A stretch of 64,000 nucleotides of DNA. It comes from the human T2T-CHM13v2.0 reference genome, Homo sapiens. How positions within the stretch are numbered: position 1 is the stretch's first letter; the number at the start of each line of letters is the position of its first letter. Below, piece by piece: positions 51,139 through 64,000 of the stretch. The stretch lies in assembly GCF_009914755.1 (NCBI RefSeq), contig NC_060929.1; one strand, written 5' to 3'. A program made the position numbers and the translations under genes. The notes below the pieces were generated by a model that had not been told where the DNA came from, did no database searches, and saw only the letters and a program-made list of their open reading frames with translations.

Positions 51139-52349
51139 AAAAACAGAGTTATAAAAAATTCTAAAATTATGGTGATGGTTACACAACTCTGAGTATACTA
51201 AAAACCACTGAATTGTGCACTTTATAAGTGGATGAATTATATGATTTGCTAATTATATCTTTAAGCTATTTTAAAAGTTCACTGCAATGTGTTCAAGTCA
51301 CTAGAGTAGATCTCATCAATATAGGCATATTAAGATACTAGTACAATGCCAGAGCTATGGAGTTGCTTTTGAAAGATGAAATAGTCCCATCTCCATTATT
51401 TTTTTCTCAAGTAAATACATAATGCAAATAAAAATACATTTGATATATGAAAGCAAATTCAAGGAAAAAAATCCCTGGTTACCTTTTTCCAATGATATTC
51501 TACCTCCCCATTCCTCTACACACAATTCTACTTGTGCAGAAGTTCGGAGGCTACTCTTGTTCTCAAATCCTTCAGCTCACTTTTGTTTAATGAACTGACA
51601 ATTTTACTAAAGTATGACTTTAAATTGGAGTCTTTCAGTTATTATTTAATGATATGAGCAGTGAGTAATTTTTGTTGTTGTTGTTATTTAAGTTAATTAG
51701 CTTATCTTGAGGCAAGGTGCTGGTACAAACCCTTCAAATAATACTAAAAAAACACCTTTTTTCCTGATTAAAATTAAATATCTTTAAAATATAATATGGT
51801 TACACAACTTTGCTGAAAATTTAAATGAATGAGTTTAATTTGACAATATAAGGTTACCAATTCCTGCATTTATGCTTACAACCTGAGCATCACTGATGAT
51901 GTGGAAAATGCAAATCCATGCTAAACATAATGATATTGAGTGAATATCTGAAGTAAATGTCCTTATTGAACATTTCATAGTATTATAAAATGTATTTTTT
52001 GCCAAATGTTGTCAATCTAAACAGAAAGGCCTTTTCAATCGGAACTTCTAAATTGAACATTAACCAATTGAGAAACACATTCAGTTTTAAAGTATAGTTG
52101 GGTGATTTAATTTTATAGTATAAAATTTCTAGTACTCTTCTTTCAAATTTCTGGATTAGTTTGATAGAACTGTATCCTAGAATTTTAATATAAGTGCAAA
52201 ATCTTTTTACTAGTTGCAAATAATAAAACTACTATTATATCAAAAACATTCAACTGGAACAAAATAAAAATATAATTATCAGCCTGAGACTAAAGAGACA
52301 TTAACTGTTATCTTGTTTAAAATGCTGATGTACATCAAAACATCACTAT

Positions 52350-52830
52350 TGTTTTACTCTTTATTTTTCAGTTGAAGACACTTAGCGATTGGCCATGGTC
52401 ACTTGTTAGTGGAAGATTTAGGATGGGAACCTTAGACTCTTGGCTCTGCTTATTCATATTCTGTATTTTACAACTTTGAATTGAGTACCTACCATATGTC
52501 AATAATAATTCTCAAAATTGAGGATTCAATGAGAAACAAAACAAATAAATCCTGTCTTCTTGGGTCTTACAGTCTAGAGAGAATAGAGGCATTACTCCAA
52601 TAACCACAACTGTGATAAGTTCTACAAAGAAGACAGGGAGTAGTAAGAATTAAAGGCATTGGGCAGATAAGGGAAGTCAGAGAAGGCTTTCCGGTGACAG
52701 GGATCTCAACTGAATTGAGATCTGAAGGAAGAGCAGGCACACGTAGGGAGGGGAAAGAAGAAAATTTCAAGGAGGAGTACAACAGCAGCTGTGCAGCTGG
52801 AAGGAAAAAAGTATACTTGAAAGTATTTTC
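52350..52830 (-). mobile_element. MIR fragment followed by L2 3' fragment
   Basis: GGCCATGGTCAC..GTTAGTGG; TTGAGTACCTACCATATGTC..CTTACAGTCTAG..GTCAGAGAAGGCTTCC..CTGAATTGAGATCTGAAGGA. Confidence 0.65.
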
Positions 52831-53719
52831 AAAAGCCCATTTTGCTGGTTCATTCATATACATGACAACCCAGATCACAAGATTATATTAGAAACAAAAC
52901 CTTTAGTTTCACTGGATTTGAATTTTCTGCCTAAGGTAGCATTTATTGTAAACTATATATTTCCCATGCCATTCTTCCTGCTTGTTATTTTTTAATAAAT
53001 ATCACTTTTTGACTTTAGGGCTTTGGGAATAAAATAAGTAATCATGGAGAGTGATAGCATACTTCTGTTAAATTCTATAGATTGAGAGTCTGAATAGGTT
53101 TTCATGAAATTCTCAAATATTTCCATGTGTTATATGGGAGATTATTATACAAAAAGCATCAATACGAAATAGGACATTCAAATTGTGAGAAAATTCTAGA
53201 GTTAGGCATTTTTATACTGCAAAACATAGCAGCCCAAATTTTCATTCAACTTTTGATGTTCTTACTAACATCTTATTTTAATATACTTTTTCTTTATCTT
53301 TAGCCAGCAAATACAGAGCAGTTAAAACACAGTGTTAAAGACTCAGTGGTGCATATCTGATTGAATATCCAATAAACAAGATACAGTATTTAATTTCCCC
53401 TGAAACTGCAGGCCTCATTTCGGCAAAGGCAGATCATGGAGGCAAAATTATATCTGTTTCTAAGAATTGTAGTGTTTGGTTTCTTTTTCCTGAATTTCTC
53501 TATTGTTCTGTAGGTTCCTGTCATGTTCTCTCCCAAAAGTTGCTCAAAAAGTCTGGTTGATTCTAAAGAACAAATTGTGAAAGTACCACTCTATGTATTC
53601 TACAAATGAGAAACTTATTTTAAAATGAGGGAAACTATAGAAAGTTTATAAATGAATTACTTTATGCAGTCTATGAGTAGAAGAATCTAGACCTTTGACT
53701 TTTGACATGTAACATCTAG

Positions 53720-54110
53720 ACTACGGTAGCAATATCCATGACAGTACTGATTCCATAGACATATTTTATTGATCCCACAACAGTCTTTAGAATTTTTTGA
53801 TGAGTTAACCAACATTTAAATTTTAGGTGCTACTCATAAAAACAAGAATTTAATTTCTCAAAAAAAAAAATTAGACAACTCTGACAATATTGGTTTAAAT
53901 GGTGTTATTGGCATTCCAATTGATTATTGTGGCAACTGGGCCACAATTTAAACAGGGAGTGAACTCTCTATATTGTAACTATCTCCACCTGACCTTCTTC
54001 ATTTATTTCTATTACTTGCCAAGCACCTTTAGACAATTGACACATCTGTATTACTCTTGTTTGGTCTTTACTTTTTGTGAAAGAAAGGAGAACTGAATAT
54101 GTCAAGAACT
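53720..54110. mobile_element. Degenerate MER102-like hAT-Charlie element
   Basis: GTTAACCAACATTTAAA..CATAAAAAC..TCTGACAATATTGG..TTTAAACAGGGAGTGAACTCTC resembles recalled MER102. Confidence 0.4.
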
Positions 54111-54550
54111 CTGAAAAGCCTGAGATATGTACTTGTATGATAGCAAGTTAGACTTGCCACAGTTTTATGCACACTGGCAGAAGACACCAGGCTCCTGAGT
54201 CAGAGACAAAGAACATTATTAATAGTAGTAGCCAGAGTATCAACATTTTTTTGGTACCAGATTCCTGTAACCAAATTCCTACCTGGTGATGTGTGGAAGG
54301 TCAGTGATATCTATACATGTATGGATTGTGTTACAGGGAGGAACCCTGAGTTTAAAAAACCTGAATCTTTAATAATGGGCAGTAAATCTCTCTGTCTATT
54401 GCTCCAAAAGGAGGCATTGTCTCTTATTTCCAGACTATAAGCAAAACTGCCTTTTTATTCTGGGGATAGATACTATCATAATCCTTTAAGACTGTTCATT
54501 GTACAAACATTCTTGACAAAAAAAAATCTGGAACAAAGTCTGTTGATGCC

Positions 54551-54936
54551 TGATATGGTTTGGCTGTCTTCCCACCCAAATCTCAATTTGAATTGTAGTT
54601 CCCATAATCCCCGCATGTTGTGGGAGAGACCCGGTAGGAGGTAATTGAATAATGGGGGCTGTTACCTCCATGCTGTTCTTGTGATAGTGAGTGAGTTCTC
54701 ATGAGAGCGGAAGGTTTTACAAGGGTCTTTCCCCACCCATTCACTCTGCCCTTCTCCTTGTTGCTTCCACTTCTTAATGTGAAGAAGGAAATGTCTGCTT
54801 CCCCTCCTACCATGATTGTATGTTTCCTGAGGCCTCCCCAGCCATGCCGAACTGTGAGTCAATTAAACCTCTTTCCTTTATAAATTATCCAGTCTCCGGT
54901 ATGTCTTTATTAGCAGCATGAATATAGACTAATACA
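54551..54936 (+). mobile_element. THE1D-like MaLR solo LTR
   Basis: TGATATGGTTTGGCTGT...GACTAATACA. TSD (A/G)TGCC. Confidence 0.92.
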
Positions 54937-54958
54937 GTGCCTATTCTTGCAAGATATA

Positions 54959-55376
54959 TGTACTAGGCCTTCCTTACATTGCTATAAATAAATACCTGAG
55001 ACTGGGTAATTGATTTAAAAAAAGATGTAATTGGCTCATGGTTCTGCAGGCTGTACAGGAAGCATGATGCTAGCATCTGATCAGCTTCTGAGGAGGCCTC
55101 AGCAAGCTGTTACTCATGGCAGAAGGCAAAGTGGGAGCAAGCACTTCACACGATGAAAGCAGGAACAAGAGAGGGCAGGGAGGTGCTACACACTTTTAAG
55201 TGACCAAATCTAATGAGAACTCACTCACTATCATGATGACAGTACAAAGGGGATGGTGCTAAACCATTCATGAAAAATCTGTCCCCATGATCAAATCACC
55301 TCCCACTAGGCCCTACCACTAACTTTGGGGATTACATTTCAACATATGATTCCAGCGAGACATCCAAACCATATCA
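54959..55376 (-). mobile_element. MSTA-like MaLR solo LTR
   Basis: ATACCTGAGACTGGGTAAT..GGCTCATGGTTCTGCAGGCTGTACAGGAAGCATG..CATCCAAACCATATCA. Confidence 0.9.
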
Positions 55377-56439
55377 ATGTGCATAAACACGAGACATCCC
55401 TGGAGAATTGTCTCCCAGTGGAAAGTCCTTGGACACTCAATTAGACCCATGGAGAATCTTCTCCTAATAGAAAAGTCCTTGGGAATTATCTATTTCAAAT
55501 ATTGTGTGTTATGTCTACTGAAATCTTTGAGCTTACTCTTGATTAAGTTCAAGTTGTCTGACTCTTGGTCCAGTGACAGTTGAGGACAATATGTTTATTC
55601 AACTGTCATGCTCTGTTTCTGTTCCTCCTACTTATCTTCCTCTTTCTCCTCCTTCTATTCTTTTTTCAAAGCCATAAGGTAGACATGCAGTAGGACTGAA
55701 ATACTACTGTTCTTTTAAAGTATTTTCAGAAGTTAGGCTCACTGTTGCAACATCTTTGGTTGTGTTAGCCAAGTCCAAGATATAAAAGAATATTAGTTTT
55801 TCCCTTGTAAGGCACATACACTTTGTGTGATCTGAGATTCATACATTATTAACTTGAAGAAAATGATAACCTTATTTTGATGAATTAAGCATTCTGTGTC
55901 TCAAATGATGCCAGAAGTCGGAAGTAAATATACGTAAAAATTTAAAGAAAAAATGCAAAATCATTTATAATTGTGATGCAAATTTGTGGTCTTCCTTAGA
56001 TTTTTAAGTTACTATGCAGATATTAAGTTATATTTATTTCTCATCTTAACTGCTTTTAAAAGTTGTTATTTTTGAGAGAAATAGTTTTAGATTCTACAGC
56101 AGAATATTTTAGAAAAAATACCCTCAAACCTTAGGCTTGGGCTTTGTAATTTTGTGGAAAAAAAATTTGATGATGATGCTCTCTATTTTAAAAATTTAAA
56201 ATGAGAGATGCCAAATCAGCAAACTGAGAGAAATATATTTATAGCTACTGCTATGTTCTAGCACAAGACCTGACATTTCCTTCAGGTATCACTTAAAATA
56301 TTTATTTTAGCCTCAAACTATAAAGTGATCATAGCAAGAATGGGGAGGAAGAGATGTAAATATTGATACTTTCTAGTATCATTTGCATATGTGATTGATA
56401 CTTTAAAGTGTATGCATTCAATATCACATGCAAATGTTA

Positions 56440-58165
56440 CTAATTCACATTCCCACCAACAGTGTTAAAGGTTTCCTTTTCCTTCACGTTTTTCCAACAC
56501 TTGTTATCTTCTATATTTTAACAAGAGCTTTTTGAGAGGCGTGAGATGATATCTCTCACTGTTATTTTCCTTTGCATTTCTGTAATGATTAGCAATGTTG
56601 AGCATTTAAAAAATACACTTGTGTTAAAAAATATAATGTGTTGTTGAATTTGGTTTACTAGTTTTTTTTGTTAATTTTTGCATCTATGTTCATTGAATAT
56701 ATTGGCCTGTCATTTTCTTTTCTTCTAATGTCCTTGTCTGGCTTTGGTCAGATGGTAATGCTGGCCAAAAAAAGTTTGGAAGTATTCTCTACTATTTAAT
56801 TTTTTAAGAGAGTTTGAGAAGTATTGTTATTAGTTCGTTAAAAGTTTGGTAGAATTCCGAAATGAAGCCATCAGATCCTGAGCTTCTCTTTGATGGGAGA
56901 TTTTTTATTACAGATCTGATTTTTTTTACTCACAATTGGTCTGTTTAGATTTTCTATTTCTTCATGATTCAGGCTTGGTAGGCTGTATGTTTTAGTAATT
57001 TATTCATATATATTCTTGGTTGTTTAATTTGTTGGAGTATAAGTGATCATACTAATTTTTGTGATCCTTTGTATTTTTGTGGTATCAGTTGTAATGTCTC
57101 CTCTTTCACTTCTGATTTTATTTATTCGTCTTTTTTTTTAGATTAGCTAAAGGTTTGTTGTTTCTTTATGTTTGAAAAAGCTGATTCAGTTTCACTGATT
57201 ATTTGTATTGTTTTTCTAGTTTCTAGTTCATTTCTTTTTATTCTGATATTTATTATTTCATTTCTTCTGCTAACTTTGACTTTAATTTGTTCCTTTTCTA
57301 GATGTTTAAAGAATAACATTCAGTTGTTTACTTGAAAGCTTTATTTTTTTGATGTGGACATTTATTGCTATAAACTTTCCTCTTAAAACTACTTCTTCTA
57401 TATCCCATAAGCTTTGATATGTTGTGTTTTTATTTTATTAGTAGTCTCAACAACATTTTAATTTTTCATTTAATTTGTTTATTGACCCATTAGTTGTTCA
57501 GGAGCATGTTGTTTAATTTCCATGTACTTTTGAATATTCTGAAATTTCTTCTATTTTTTATTTATAGTTTCATACCATCATAATCAGAAAAGATACATGT
57601 TATAATTTCAATCTTCTGAAATTTGCCAAGGCTTTTTTGTTCCCTGAACATGGGGTCTATCCCAGAGAAAGTTCTGTGTATGTTTGAGAATAATTTGTAT
57701 GTTGTTGCTATTGGTTGCAATGTTCTGCCTGTGTCTATTAGATCCATTTGGTCTAAAGTACTGTTCCAGTCTAATGTTTTCTTATTAAAGTTTTGTCTGG
57801 ATAATCTGTCCATTGTTCAAAATAGAGTAGTGAAGTTGCCTACTATTATAGTGTTGCAGTCAATCTCTCCCCCAGATCATTTTAAATATGTTTTATATAT
57901 ACATAGGTGCTCCTATGTTGGTGGAATAAATATTTAAAATTGTTACATTCTCTTGATAAATTGACCTCTTTATTGTTAAATAATGTCTAATTTGTATCAA
58001 ACAATTTTAAAAGCAAAGTTTATTTTGTCCGAAATAAGTGTAGCTACCTCTGTTGTCTTTTGGTTTCCATTTCCATGGAATTTTTCTTTTCAATCTTTCA
58101 GTTTCAGTCTACGTGTATCCATAAAATGAGCTGAGTTTCTTGTAGGAAGCATATTGTTGGAAATG
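56440..58165 (-). mobile_element. Old L1M ORF2 fragments with internal deletion (~56620)
   Basis: ORF 57562..57813 is endonuclease-like (DRLSRQ..LDQMDLID..FSDYDGMKL). Confidence 0.8.
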
Positions 58166-58846
58166 TTTTTCTTTACTTCTAATTCTTGTGGATACATAAT
58201 AGGTGTATATTTTTATGGGGTACATGAGCTATTTTGATACAAACACAAAATGCGTAATAAATACAATGGTATTCATCACCTCAAGAATTTATCCTCTCCT
58301 TGTGTAACAAATAATCCAATTATACTCTTTTAGTTATTTAAAAATGTACAATAAATTATTGTTGACTGTAGTCACCCTGATGTGCTATCAAATATTAAAT
58401 CTTATTTATTCTATTTTTTTATACCTATTAGCCATTCCCACTTTCCTCTACTACCTTTCCCAGCCTCTGGTAACCATCATTCTGCTCTCTATCTTTATGA
58501 GTTCAATTGTTTTAATTTTTAGGTTCTACAAATAAGTGAGAACCTGTGCAGTTTGCCTTTCTGTACCTGAAATATTTCACTTAATGCAATGTCTTATCGT
58601 TTTATTTATGTCATTGCAAATGACTGTATCTCATTCTTTTTTATGACTAATAGTACTCCAATGTGTATATGTACCACATTTTCTTTATCCATTCATCTCT
58701 TGATGAACACTTAGATTGCTTCCAAATCTTGGCTATTGTGCATAGTGCTGCAATAAACATGGGAGTGCATATGTCTGTTACCTATATACTGATTTCCTTT
58801 CTTTTGAGTACATATCTAGCAGTGGAATCGCTTAATCACATGGTAG

Positions 58847-60198
58847 TTTTTTGTTTGTTTAAAAAAATTTATTTCCATAGGGTTTTTGGAGAACAACTGG
58901 TATGTGGTTACATGAATAAGTTCTTTAGTGGTAATTTGTGAGAGTCTGATGCATCCATAATCCAAGTAGTATACACTGAACCCAATTTGTAGTCTGTCTT
59001 TTATCCCTCACCCCCTTCCCACTCTTTCCCCAGAGATCCCAAAGTCCATTGTATCATTCTTATGCCTTTGCTTCTTCATAGCTTAGCTCCCACTTATGAG
59101 TGAGAACAAATGATGTTTAGTTTTATGTTCCTAGTTACTTCACTTAGAATAATGGTCTCCATCCATGTTGCTGCAAATGCCATTAATTTGTTCCTTTTTA
59201 TGGCTGAGTGGCATTCCATCACATATATATTTCCAACAGATGAATGGATAAAGAAAAAATATATATACCACAATTGAAAAAGTATATATACCACAATTTC
59301 TTTTTTTTTTTTTTTAACATCACGTTTTCTTTATTTCCTCATTGGCTGGTGGGCATTTATGCTCATTCCATATTTTTACATTGCAAATTGTGCTGCTATA
59401 AACATATGTGTGTAAGTGCCTTTTTCATATAATGACTTTTTTTTCCTCTGGGTAGATACCCAGTAGTGGGATTGTTGGATCAAATGGTAGTTCTTTTTAG
59501 TTTAATCTCCATACTGTTTTTCATACTGATTGTATTACTTTATATTCCCACCAACAGTGTAAAAGTATTCCCTTTTCACCATATCCATGCTAACATCTAT
59601 TATTGTTTGATTTTTAAATTATGGCCATTCTTTTTTTTTAATTATACTTTAAGTTTTAGGGTACATGTGCACAACGTGCAGGTTAGTTACATATGCATAC
59701 ATGTGCCATGTTGGTGTGCTGCACCCATTAACTCATCATTTAACATTAGGTATATCTCCTAATGCTATCCCTTCCCCCTCCCCCCTCCCCCACCCCACAA
59801 CAGGCCCCGGTGTGTCATGTTCCCCTTCCTGTGTCCATGTGTTCTCATTGATCAATTCCCACCTATGAGTGAGAACATGCGGTGTTTGTTTTTTTGTCCT
59901 TGTGATAGTTTGCTGAGAATGATGATTTCCAGCTTCATCCACGTCCCTACAAAGGACATGAACACATTTGTTGATTGATGGGCATTTGGACGAGTTCCAC
60001 ATTTTTGCCAATGTGAATTCTGCTGCTATAAACATGTATGTGCAAGTATCTTTTTTGTATAATGACTTCTTGTCCTCTGGGTAGACACCCAGTAATGAGA
60101 TTGCTGGATCTAATGGTAGTTCTGCTTTAGTTCTTTAAGGATTCTCCACACTGTTTTTCATTGTGGTTGTACTAGTTTACATTCTTACTAGCAGTGTA
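58847..60198 (-). mobile_element. 5'-truncated L1PB1-like element, itself interrupted at ~59301-59964
   Basis: TTTATTTCCATAGGGTTTTTGG..GGTTACATGAATAAGTTCTTTAGTGGT is the L1PB 3' end. Confidence 0.85.
59631..59964 (-). mobile_element. L1PA3/4-like 3' end (probable driver of a 3' transduction, 59301-59630)
   Basis: PolyT then ATTATACTTTAAGTTTTAGGGTACATGTGCACAACGTGCAGGTTAGTTAC; truncated at AAGGACATGAAC. Confidence 0.9.
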
Positions 60199-60476
60199 TT
60201 TTTAGTTTTTTTGAGGAACCTCCAAACTGTTCTTCACAGTGACTTTACTAATTTTCATTCCCATCAACAGTGTCTGAGGGTTCCCTTTTCTCCACATCCT
60301 CCCCATCATTTATTATTGCCTGACTTTTGGATAAAAGCCATTTTAACTGGGGTGAGGTGGTATCTCATTTTAGTTTTGATTAGCATTATCTGATGATCAG
60401 TAGTATTGAGCAACTTTTCATACACCTGTTTGCCATTCATACGTCTTCTTTTGAGAAATGTCTATTTAGATCTTTT

Positions 60477-62452
<1,976 letters not shown>

Positions 62453-64000
62453 AGATCTTTTGCCCATTTTAAAAGATTATTAGATTTTTTTTCTATTGAG
62501 TTGTTTAAGCTGCTTGCATATTCTGATTATTAATCCTTTGTCAAATGGGTAGTTTGCAAATATTTTCTTCCATTCTGTGGGTTGTGTCGTAACTTTGTTA
62601 ATTGTTTTCTTTGCTATGCAGAACCTTTTAACTTGATGTCATCCCATTTTATTTATTTTTGCTATCATTGCCTGTGCTTGTGGGGTATTACTCAAGAAAT
62701 CTTTTCCACGAACAATGTTCCAGAAAGTTTCCAGAATGTTTTCTTGTAGTAGTTTCACAGGTTGAGGTCTCAGATTGAAGCCTTTAATCTATTTTGATTT
62801 TTGTATATGATAAGAGATAGGGGCCTAGTTTCATTCTTCTGCATATGTATATCCAGGTTTCCCGGTACCATTTGTTGAATAGACTGTCCTTACCCCAAAA
62901 TGTGTTCTTGGCATCTTTGTCCAAAATGAGTTCACTGTAGATAAATGGGTTTATTTCTGGGTTCTATACTCTGTTCTATTTGCCTGTCTGTTTTTATACC
63001 AGTACTGTGCTGTTTTGGTTACTATAGCACTGTAGTATAATTTGAAATCAGGTAATGTGATTCCTCCTGTTTTGTTCTTTTGGTCCAGATGACTTTGGCT
63101 ATTCTGGTTCTTTTGTAGTTTCAAATAAATTTTAGGATTATTGTTTATATTTCTGTGAAGAATTTCAATGGCATTTTGGTAGTTTTTCATTGAATCTGTA
63201 GATTGCTTTGATAGTATTCTACCATTGCTTGCTAGATATTCCAGCAATAGTGATTCTTTCAACCCATAAACATGGAATTTTTTTCCATTTTTTTGTTTCC
63301 TTTTTAATTTATTGCATCAGTGTTTTATAATTTTCATTGTAGAGATCTCTCACTTCTTCATTTAAGTTTATTTTTAGGTAGTATATTTTATTTGTAGCTA
63401 CCGTAAACTAGATTACTTTCTTGATTTATATTTCAGATTGTTTATTTTTGACATACAGAAACACTGCTAATTTTTGTATGTTGACTTTGTATCCTGAAAA
63501 TTTACTGAATTTATCAGTTTTAACAGTTTTTTGATGGAGTCTTTGTGTTTTTTCCAAATATAAGATAATATCATTTGCAAAGAATGATAATTTGACTTCT
63601 TTCCAATTTCGATGGCCTTTATTTCTTTCTCTTATCTGATTGCTCTAGATAGGACTTCTAGTACTCTACTAAATAACAGTATTGAAAGTGTGTGTCTTTG
63701 TCTTGTTCCAGATCTTATGGGAAATGGTCTCATTTTTTACCCATTTAGTATGACACTAGCTGTGCATCTGAAGTATATGTTCTTCTCTGCCCTTTTGAGT
63801 TATTTTTTTCTTCTGTCATGAAGGGATGTTGATTTTCATCAAATGCTTCTTCAGTGTCAATTGAAATGATTATGGTTTTCTAACTTCATTTAGTTGATAT
63901 ATTGTATAACATTGATTGATTTGTGTATGTTGAACCATCCTTACATCCCTGGGATAAATCCCTCTTCATGATGAATGATCTTTTTAATGTATTGTTGAAT

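Larger units (their letters stand above)
54136..55470 (-). mobile_element. ERVL-class LTR (MER54/MER73-like), split by THE1 and MST LTRs
   Basis: GGCAGAAGACAC..CTCCTGAGTCAGAGACAAAG, GGAACCCTGAG and the terminal GGAGAATTGTCTCCCA. Confidence 0.6.

Overview
AT-rich primate (very probably human) intergenic or deep-intronic DNA. I found no intact protein-coding gene, RNA gene or CRISPR array. Well over half of the window is transposable-element debris. The centrepiece (32.7-43.8 kb) is a four-layer nest: a probable hAT/Charlie transposase remnant, split by an LTR1-like solo LTR, split by an integrase-deleted HERV-H provirus (minus strand, His PBS, CCCAC TSD), split by an antisense, internally deleted HERV-W provirus with two full LTR17s and a 3' env remnant. 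The last 98 env codons match, from my memory, the C-terminus of the MSRV Env sequence, so this may be the 5p12 HERV-W locus; this needs an alignment to confirm. The rest holds L1s of many ages: a near full-length L1PA7-like element with an internal deletion, two twin-primed 5'-inverted L1s, a doubly deleted mini-L1M and an apparent L1PA 3' transduction. There are also Alus, L2/MIR, MaLR/ERVL LTRs, DNA transposons and several local inverted duplications. Subfamily names are by eye from recalled consensus sequences, and boundaries of old repeats are approximate. I see no evidence of a new biological system; the novelty is in structural and retroelement-mechanism details.
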